Positions 9,801 to 15,148 of a stretch of DNA of 15,148 bases are shown in pieces. The first letter of the stretch is position 1; each line of letters begins with the position of its first letter. The notes beneath the pieces are model-generated. The model saw only the letters and a list, made by a program, of their open reading frames with translations, ran no database searches and was not told the DNA's origin. This DNA is from Verrucomicrobiota bacterium (GTDB taxonomy: Bacteria > Verrucomicrobiota > Verrucomicrobiia > Opitutales > Seribacteraceae), in NCBI GenBank assembly GCA_027622665.1, contig JAQBYT010000056.1:1-15148 (forward strand), written 5' to 3'. The translations under genes were made by a program, and so were the position numbers.

Positions 9801-10438
9801 GATGCTACCTCCTCCATCACACTGGTGTAGAGAGCGAGGTCGATGTTTTCATCGACCCCATTGGGCGTGTCATGAATGGCCGACAAATCCTGAAAGGCAA
9901 TAGGTGAAACAAGAGCAAGCTCCGGAGCATTTCGACCGTTGTACTTGGTAGACAAGGTGTGCTTCACAAACCCTTCCAGTTCAGCCCTAAAGGTGGTCAG
10001 ACCTCCAACACTGGAAAAGGATTCCCCATAACCAAAGAAAGCCACAACGAGATCTGGTTTTAAGGTCTTCAGCCACTCATCGGAAGTTTTGTAGTGTCCG
10101 TTGCCAACATTACCCGAACCCCAGCGGTCTCTGGAGGTTTCAAGTTTGCGCAACTTTTCCGCCCCCGGGAATGCCCATGGGTTGTTACGGGCTGAGTGAG
10201 GTCTAAAGCCGGGGGTATTACCCTCGTCGCACATATTGCGAATGATCAGTCGATGCTGTGGATAACGTTGGTGCATTTCGGTCTCGAAGTGACCGTAGTG
10301 AATCATTCGCGCACCCAGTCCATTGCCCACAAGGACGCCTCGGGCATCCTTCTTCACATCTATTGGAACAGCAACAGTCCGGGAGATGAATAATAGTACG
10401 AATAAGAGTGGGGCGATTGATTTCATGAGATCAGACAT
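6851..10438 (-). CDS. PVC-type heme-binding CxxCH protein (putative membrane-bound dehydrogenase): signal peptide, SGNH/GDSL-like domain, sorbosone-dehydrogenase-like beta-propeller, HEAT repeats, discoidin/F-type-lectin-like insert, C-terminal cytochrome c
   Basis: 1195-aa ORF. Family motifs VPEGYKIDLFASE, NPVQLSFDNRGRLWV, DTNSDGKADKQTVFADGL, NPWGIAFDEWG, FRPVDMEFAPDGSLYLVDW and HGRIYRI. HEAT-like RARSAAVRVL and RVRMEAVAAASW. CITCH at 7190-7204 followed by GVVPMTPF (candidate axial Met). The start could instead be the second Met (10426). Confidence 0.9.
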   Translation of the reverse strand: MSDLMKSIAPLLFVLLFISRTVAVPIDVKKDARGVLVGNGLGARMIHYGHFETEMHQRYPQHRLIIRNMCDEGNTPGFRPHSARNNPWAFPGAEKLRKLETSRDRWGSGNVGNGHYKTSDEWLKTLKPDLVVAFFGYGESFSSVGGLTTFRAELEGFVKHTLSTKYNGRNAPELALVSPIAFQDLSAIHDTPNGVDENIDLALYTSVMEEVASNHKVHFVDLFSPTRLWFESSAKPLTRDGALLTGEGYAKLSPLLADRLFGKVKLVPSPDLSRLKKSVEEKNWLWLNYYKIPNGVHVFGRRHNPYGPKNYPAELQKLAQMMSVRDQGVWAALADEPFDMVAGDAKTDVLPGMGLNRAKYLPVEDAAKAITVPEGYKIDLFASEREFPYLANPVQLSFDNRGRLWVATMPSYPHYRPGDPKPDDKLLILEDTNSDGKADKQTVFADGLHLPMGFEFGHQGVYLSQGYSLVHLRDTDGDDRADSREVVLSGFDDHDTHHAISAFCADPSGAIFMGEGTFLHSNVETAYGTVRSSNGGFFRYNPKRRHLERTVRLSIPNPWGIAFDEWGQNFFADTSDPDMRWMLPGSVRVGYGRFAPNPPNLLSVRVRPTSGLEFVSSRHFPDEVQGDILINNTIGFQGMKQHTLVDDGTGYKSSFRHDLVKGSDRNFRPVDMEFAPDGSLYLVDWHNALIGHMQHSARDPSRDHTHGRIYRITYPSRPLVEVAEVAGASLGRLLENLKLPEYRTRYRTRRELRGRDTVAVLSALEKWTATLDENEPSYEHHLLEALWVSWGLNRVDEGLLRQLLGAKDFRARSAAVRVLRYSGHQISDQVSLLKRAAGDDHGRVRMEAVAAASWLGKTDGLAVLEAAKPRNKTNKVVKAGVGRLDEQGVLHFADPSLQSTKVDTITISLPGSNQTLNLSEVEVISGGKNIAREAKSTQSSKYNDDYPVGLLTDGDLVNFAHSAEGDTNPWFKFEFKEGVKVEDVKIFNRKGYEARFQDGRVSFSKGDQPVLAMGVSLNAPASVQGMDSLISPVYKTAMAYLQGRTIEADSAPVYTTHLTGVEKEIFLQGAEVFNREGHCITCHQPDGNGLPAAQFPPIAGSRWITGSEERLIKLTLHGLMGPIEVKGVQYPGVVPMTPFKMLSDNDLAAVLTFVRNTFGNKGSVIKPETVKSVREKTLHQKAFYKPRELLEQHPH

Positions 10439-10578
10439 CGTTATAATCCGGTAAAACGAGAGATGGTTAAGATTATTGAATCAACCGTGCTAGGGCTTAA
10501 CTAGCAAACCGATAAAATTCCCGTCCTTCTATGCTTTTACGACTCGATATCCGGAATACTTGGATCCAAGATAGTGAA

Positions 10579-11870
10579 ATGAACTTTATCGTTCGCTTTC
10601 TGTTGGGCCTACTTCCGATCCTTTGCCACCTCAGTGTACACGGGAATCGACCTTATTCATGGAACCAGTTACGTGGTCCTAAAGGATCGGGATTCTTGAA
10701 AGATAGCCGACCACCCATTAAAATCGAAACACACATTGCATGGAAGACAGCTATTCCGTCCGGCCTTTCTTCCCCTGCCCTTTCGGAAAAAAAAAGATTT
10801 TCCTTACCGCTATAGACGAAGGTCGTTTGGTCACCCTAGCTATTGATAAAGCGACGGGCAAAATAGTGTGGAAAAGAAAAGCTCCCGAAGTCCCTATTGA
10901 AAAGTGCCACAAGGCAAGTAGTCCGGCTAGCTCAACTCCTTATGTCGATGAAGACCGATTGTTCGTCTACTTCGGTTCCTACGGATTGCTCTGCAATGAC
11001 CACGAAGGCAAAGAACTGTGGAAGAAGCCGATCGCTACGCCCAAGAGCCTCTATGGCATGTCCACTTCTCCCGTTGTGTACAAAGACAAGGTAATCTTGG
11101 TCCTAGATAACGACGCCAATGCGCCAAAAAGCAAATTGAGTCATTCCCAGATTTTAGCCCTAAATAAAACACGGGAGCAACAGCTTGGGAACCCCCTCGA
11201 CCCTTTCAACGAAGCGGATGATCGACTCCGATGATTAAAAAACGTGAGGACGGGGCTGAACTGGTGATATTTGGGACATGGACGTTTGGGTGGGTATGAC
11301 CTGCCTACCGGTGAGGGAAAATGGCATGTGACCGGATTTTTACGGGAGACGATCTCCATGCCATTCACAGGGAATGACTTGATTTTCGGATCCGCTTCCA
11401 AATTGGGCGGAGCATCCGATGCTCAAACTGACCCCGAGCCCTTCTGGAAAGCCGTCATCAGCTTTGACTCAAATAAAGACAATAAACTGGAGCGTAAGGA
11501 AATGACTGGACATTTCACCTTCCCATTTCGTCCTGAATTACCTCCGGGGCATCCCGGATACGGTTTGCCACTACCCAAAGACGACCGCCAGCGCCAGAAA
11601 CGTCTCGACGGAATGTTTCACTGGATGGACAAAAACAAGGATGGCTTTGGGACACAGAAGGAATTCGTGTCCAACATCTCCATCGGACATGGCAAACCAC
11701 TTCTTGTCGCCATTCGCCCCGGAGGGAAAGGCAACGTCACCGACACTCACGTCGAATGGGAATTGAATCGTGGAATCCCGGAGATTCCTACACCGGTATT
11801 CTTTGAGGATCGGATCTACATGGTCTGCAACGGCGGAGTGCTAGCGGGCGTGGATGCTTCTAACGGTCGA
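10579..11870 (+). pseudogene. PQQ-binding-like (BamB-type) beta-propeller protein with EF-hand insert, pseudogene
   Basis: Three ORF pieces splice into one family member: signal peptide + WNQLRGPKGSG...WKTAIPSGLSSP / IFLTA...ASSTPYVDEDRLFVYFGSYGLLC...GMSTSPVVYKDKVIL / TGATAWE..RSG*STP / LGHGRLGGYDLPTGEGKW...IPTPVFFEDRIYMVCNGGVLAGVDASNG. Lesions: frameshift in the A9 run at 10787-10795, 1-nt deletion at ~11169, TGA at 11219-11221 where W is expected (GWSTP), and an extra T at ~11270-11272. Family-like sequence stops at ~11870. EF-hand-like loops DSNKDNKLERKE (11466-11501) and DKNKDGFGTQKE (11628-11663). Confidence 0.88.
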
Positions 11871-12333
11871 TACCGCCGGAATATACCTTGTTCCGGTAAT
11901 CAAAAATATCGGTGTTTTGCAGAGTCGGTGTGGCAAAACCGATGGCGAAAGGCTCCGAGTAAGGGCTGTTGGCGTGGTATTCGGTCATCGAAGGAACGAT
12001 ATCCGTTCCGGTGTTGATCCAATCGAAGACAAGATCCACTTCATTCTCACTCAGTGGATCTCCCCCATCAGGCATAGCGGGAACCAGTCCAGAAATTTGA
12101 TCGATCAAATAACTCTGCATCGCGTTGCCTGGAAGAATGGCATCAGGATGTTCCAGAGCCTCGGCTTTTGTTTGAAGCACAAAGTCTCCCTCGGCGTCTG
12201 TGCTGTTATGACAGGAAAGACAGTGAGCTTCGAATATGGGGGCAATCTGGGTCTCAAAGTCGGGCGCGCCTGATAAAGACACAGAGGCTATCAGGTAGAT
12301 CGAAAAATGAATGGCAGTCAGGCACTTGCCCAT
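11860..12333 (-). pseudogene. Planctomycete-type cytochrome c (PSCyt1-like) N-terminal fragment fused to unrelated sequence; probably truncated
   Basis: From ATG 12333: signal-like MGKCLTAIHFSIYLIASVSLSG, then PDFETQIAPIFEAHCLSCH (CxxCH at 12208-12222)...ILPGNAMQSYLIDQI...MP...LSENEVDLVFDWINTG, the typical PSCyt1 pattern. After ~12007 the sequence no longer looks like this family, and the stop lies inside the opposing pseudogene. It could still be translated as a 157-aa protein. Confidence 0.7.
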
Positions 12334-12340
12334 GATTTTG

Positions 12341-12457
12341 GCTGATAGGAATTTGCTTTTCAGCGGCGAAGCCGCAGAGGTGGGGGTTTTGCTGATAGGA
12401 ATTTGGCTGATAGGAATTTGCTTTTTAGCGGCGAAGCCGCAGAGGTGGGGGTTTTTT
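12341..12457. repeat. Tandem hairpin (REP-like) repeat cluster 1: full unit, 15-bp partial unit, full unit
   Basis: 12341-12390 GCTGATAGGAATTTGCTTTTCAGCGGCGAAGCCGCAGAGGTGGGGGTTTT; 12391-12405 GCTGATAGGAATTTG; 12406-12457 GCTGATAGGAATTTGCTTTTTAGCGGCGAAGCCGCAGAGGTGGGGGTTTTTT. Confidence 0.95.
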
Positions 12458-14606
12458 AGATACTTGGTTGTAGCGATTGAATTACAAGTTGAGCAGCCTC
12501 CCCGCGTGTAAGGTTCGCGCTCGGCGTGCGCCAAGATGGAGTTGATTTCTTAAGCAGACCGGAAATGATTTTTGCGGCCTGGGCACCGCTTACCTTTTTG
12601 TCCGGGTGAGCGAGGGCGGTTTGAAAGTCCGCGCTCGGCTCAAAGTCAAAGAAGGACTGTTTGGACTGCGTTGAGTAATCGTAGAGTGTTTCGATGTATT
12701 TGTAAGCAGGATGCCCGCGCGGGACGTCTATGAAGTGCGAAGCGGTAATACTAAGCGGAATTTGAAGCCCGTTCACAGCCATTTGGGAAAATTCGCCCAT
12801 GGTGATCGGTTCATTGGGGCGGAAACGGTAGGCGGTCATTTCCAGAGAGGCCAAACCTTTAGGATTCCCCGCAGTGTTATAATCATCAATGTCAGGACCG
12901 GCCACTGCGCCAAGCAGACTTAGCTTCTGTATCGCGGTAAACGCAGGGTGATCCAAGGGAAGGTCGGTATAGAAAAACAGGACACTGCGCTGCTTTAAGA
13001 GTTCATCCTGGATTTGCTCAACTAGGACGTCTCGGAGTTCTTGATTATTGTCGATCGCCAAGGCGGCGGCGACACCCGCTGCTTGTCCCAGCGAGGACCA
13101 CACAGGCTCCATGCGAACACTGCAGATTGCAACGTGCGTAGATGAGATGCCAACAGGAAAAAGGATGCCGTTGTGCTGTCTGGGCACTAATGTTCCGTAA
13201 GGTATTTGAAAGGGTCCTGTCGCATCATGCAGGTGAAGGGTGCCTTCAGCGGCGCCTTTTCCGTAAGGCGGTTCGTTTCGGCCGTCAGGACCTTGAACAC
13301 GATGCGCATCGATTCCGTAGATTCCGATGGCAACGGAATCCGGAAGCAGCGGTCCGCGAAATCCGTCACCGCGAAGATCCTTGTGCAGGTCGCTTTCAGT
13401 CAAAGTGTAGAGTCCTTCTATGCGGCGGCCTTGGCGCACGTAAAGGCGGTAGGGAAAGTTGCCGTTGTCCTGAAATTCATCGTCCGGGAGGCCAACGTTA
13501 GGCGAGCCTCCTTCGGTCTGGATGTAGTAGAGGTAGCCAAGGTCATGATAGCGGTAGATTTTTTCGATTTCGACACGCTCTTCCCAGTCGGCCAACACCC
13601 AACGGGTGCCGTGGCCTACCAAGTCGCCTCCCCAGTTGATTCCCAGCAGATCAAATTTTCCATTGGGTATGATCGGCTTGCTATTAGTGTTCCAGTTGTA
13701 CTTGGCTGGGTCGTAGCCGGGCGGCGGTTTCTTCAGGCGATAGGGATGGTCCGGCCGGCCGTAATCTTTTGCTGTTATTCTGTAGGTGAATGCCTGTGAC
13801 CGGTGGTCGGCCACACCCGTGCTCTCCGGAAGCATGGTGGCTGGCAATGTGTCAGGCACATTCCGGAAATAAGTGGTGTAAATGTGTCCGGCGTGCGGTT
13901 CTTCCTTGGAACGGGCTTCGCGTCCGATGCGATAAGGTATGTTAGCAAATTCCGCCAAGTCGGCTTCATAGGTCGCATCGATGATCACCTTGCCGGTATA
14001 GGTATGCCGTGCTCCGAGGTTCCCCTGGTTGTCACGCTCGCGTGTGACGACACCTGTGACCCGCCGGCCTTTCATGGTCACATCCACGGCCACTTCGTTA
14101 AAGCGCGTTGAGATGCTCTTGTGCTCGGCAGTCATTTCAGCATAAATCCTGGCGGCTGTATGGGGTTCCCAGGCCCGGCCTTCAGCGATGTTCCACCGCA
14201 TCGGCGGAGTTTGCTTAATATGTTCCCGTACTAATGGATCATCCGCCATCTCTGTGCGATGATAGGCTTTTACGCGCCGGCGAAATTCGTCCATCACTCC
14301 GCTGTTAGATTCCACGTATTTGTCGTCCAGTCTCAGTACGCCCGAAGACAGCACACCGCCAAGAACGGGCGCCTGTTCGATAATGATCACTGTTTTGTCA
14401 GCCCGGGCCGCGGCGATGGCTGCGGCGACACCGGCAGGCGTACCCCCGACAACCACCACATCGTAGTCAGATTCCTCGGCTGCATTCAAAACGCCAAACT
14501 GGGCAAAAAAGAGACAAATAACCGATGCCAGGATCGAAAGGAAACGTGGATATCGGCGGAAGCCTGGGTAAGTTGATTGATGCTCCATGGTATGAATAGG
14601 TTTCAT
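12456..14606 (-). CDS. Secreted FAD-dependent oxidoreductase (FAD_oxidored-like family) with C-terminal SLH-like repeats
   Basis: 716-aa ORF. Signal/TM segment FLSILASVICLFFAQFGVLNA. Rossmann motif YDVVVVGGTPAGVAAAIAAAR...IIE...LGG. Family motifs IDATYEADLA, YRIGRE, LYVRQGRRIEG, PFQIPYGTLVP and SSTHVAICSVRMEPVWSSLGQAAGVAAA. SLH-like FYTDLPLDHPAFTAIQKL...FRPNEPITMGEF, FIDVPRGHPAYKYIETL and LTRGEAAQLV. Confidence 0.9.
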   Translation of the reverse strand: MKPIHTMEHQSTYPGFRRYPRFLSILASVICLFFAQFGVLNAAEESDYDVVVVGGTPAGVAAAIAAARADKTVIIIEQAPVLGGVLSSGVLRLDDKYVESNSGVMDEFRRRVKAYHRTEMADDPLVREHIKQTPPMRWNIAEGRAWEPHTAARIYAEMTAEHKSISTRFNEVAVDVTMKGRRVTGVVTRERDNQGNLGARHTYTGKVIIDATYEADLAEFANIPYRIGREARSKEEPHAGHIYTTYFRNVPDTLPATMLPESTGVADHRSQAFTYRITAKDYGRPDHPYRLKKPPPGYDPAKYNWNTNSKPIIPNGKFDLLGINWGGDLVGHGTRWVLADWEERVEIEKIYRYHDLGYLYYIQTEGGSPNVGLPDDEFQDNGNFPYRLYVRQGRRIEGLYTLTESDLHKDLRGDGFRGPLLPDSVAIGIYGIDAHRVQGPDGRNEPPYGKGAAEGTLHLHDATGPFQIPYGTLVPRQHNGILFPVGISSTHVAICSVRMEPVWSSLGQAAGVAAALAIDNNQELRDVLVEQIQDELLKQRSVLFFYTDLPLDHPAFTAIQKLSLLGAVAGPDIDDYNTAGNPKGLASLEMTAYRFRPNEPITMGEFSQMAVNGLQIPLSITASHFIDVPRGHPAYKYIETLYDYSTQSKQSFFDFEPSADFQTALAHPDKKVSGAQAAKIISGLLKKSTPSWRTPSANLTRGEAAQLVIQSLQPSI

Positions 14607-14615
14607 GTTAATGCT

Positions 14616-15029
14616 CTATTTACTCCTTTGAGGTAAGTTGATGGCAGGCAGGTGTAGTTTCAGACGATCAATGACCGTGCCATGCCTGGGATCCAACCGA
14701 TTTGCAGCGAGGTTTTTCCATTCATTGGGATCGGACTTATGATCGTAGAGTTCTTCACTACCGTCGGCGTATCGGATGTAGCGCCAGCGCTCATCGCGCA
14801 CCGCGTGATTGTTTTGACCAAGAGTCGAAATGGCGACATGGTCCCAGGAGGCGTAGGGATATTGAATCAGTGGCATCAAGCTAACGCCTTCAAGATTGGG
14901 ATTGGGCGAAAGTCCGCACAGTTCGACGAGGGTTGGATAAATACTGAGCAGTTCGACCGGTTTGCTCGATTTTCCTTTCACGCCACCAGGCACGCTAATA
15001 ATCAAAGGAACCCGGGTGGTTCGCTCCCA
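14616..15029 (-). pseudogene. Sulfatase C-terminal fragment (iduronate-2-sulfatase/choline-sulfatase-like), 5'-truncated at the repeat cluster
   Basis: Reading upstream of the called TTG gives WERTTRVPLIISVPG...PVELLSIYPTLVELCGL...LEGVSLMPLI...AVRDERWRYIRYADGSEELYDHKSDPNEWKNLA, the conserved sulfatase C-terminal third. No CxPxR/SxPxR catalytic motif and no SDHG motif are present. Repeat cluster 2 begins at 15034, 4 bp beyond the W codon. Confidence 0.88.
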
Positions 15030-15033
15030 TTGA

Positions 15034-15148
15034 ATTGATAGGAATTTGCTTTTTAGCGGCGAAGCCGCAGAGGTGGGGGTTATTGATAGGAATTTGCTTT
15101 TTAGCGGCGAAGCCGCAGAGGTGGGGGTTTTATTGATAGGAATTTGCT
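15034..15148. repeat. Tandem hairpin (REP-like) repeat cluster 2, running off the window end
   Basis: 15034-15081 (48 bp) ATTGATAGGAATTTGCTTTTTAGCGGCGAAGCCGCAGAGGTGGGGGTT; 15082-15131 (50 bp, ends GGGGGTTTT); 15132-15148 partial. Same orientation as cluster 1. Confidence 0.95.

Noticed and set aside
10439..10578. Promoter/operator in the divergent intergenic region (TATAAT at 10442-10447; TGCTAG-N7-CTAGCA at 10488-10506)
   Set aside because: Promoters must exist here, but there is no convincing -35 pairing and a 6-bp inverted repeat can arise by chance. Not supportable as specific sites.
10787..10796. Programmed -1 frameshift or transcriptional slippage at A9G
   Set aside because: Slippage here could not rescue the gene, since two more frameshifts, a nonsense codon and a 3' truncation follow.
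12428..12440. Intrinsic terminator for the oxidoreductase
   Set aside because: On the - strand the 5-bp hairpin is followed by TAAAAAG, not a U-tract. The same unit also occurs upstream of and within a gene in cluster 2.
12341..12465. Canonical integron attC site
   Set aside because: The - strand has ATCTAAA over the stop codon, close to RYYYAAC but not matching. There is no complementary GTTRRRY at the other end, no integrase in the window, and the cargo starts mid-gene, unlike a cassette.
12334..12534. N-terminal extension of ORF 11860..12534
   Set aside because: It merely reads through the repeat cluster and overlaps the oxidoreductase 3' end. The signal-peptide-like start is ATG 12333.
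7062..14576. + strand ORFs opposite the heme protein, cytochrome fragment and oxidoreductase (e.g. 9062..9676, 11854..12273, 13206..13799)
   Set aside because: They are antisense shadows of well-supported - strand genes.
15035..15039. TTGAT matching the ISDra2 (IS200/IS605) target pentamer
   Set aside because: Only 5 nt, cluster 1 has CTGAT instead, and no tnpA/tnpB is present. Too weak to assign a family.
12341..15148. CRISPR array interpretation of the ~48-50 bp repeats
   Set aside because: Units are head-to-tail with only 2-4 nt linkers. There are no unique spacers of regular length and no cas genes.

Overview
Bacterial genomic DNA, most likely from a PVC-superphylum organism. Verrucomicrobiota/Opitutales is my inference from the protein families, not something proven by the sequence. 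Left half: the 3' ~5.8 kb of a 5'-truncated giant multidomain surface protein. It has five ~97-aa cadherin/Ig-like repeats, He_PIG-like and DUF5011-like domains, a beta-propeller, InlB-B-like repeats, a Trp-rich domain and a distinct C-terminal domain. It overlaps (ATGA) a lower-GC outer-membrane beta-barrel gene. Convergent with these is an intact 1195-aa PVC-type heme-binding (CxxCH) dehydrogenase-like protein. Right third: a decayed patchwork made of a PQQ-like beta-propeller pseudogene (3 frameshifts, 1 nonsense codon, 3' truncation), a chimeric planctomycete-type cytochrome c fragment, an intact FAD-dependent oxidoreductase with SLH-like tail, and the 3' stub of a sulfatase. The most unusual signal is a ~48-50 bp unit (TGATAGGAATTTGCTTTTYAGCGGCGAAGCCGCAGAGGTGGGGGTT) present as two head-to-tail tandem clusters (12341-12457 and 15034-15148). 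The unit folds on one strand only. The clusters sit exactly at gene junctions and bracket a 2.6-kb cargo that begins mid-sulfatase. No transposase or integrase is visible in the window.
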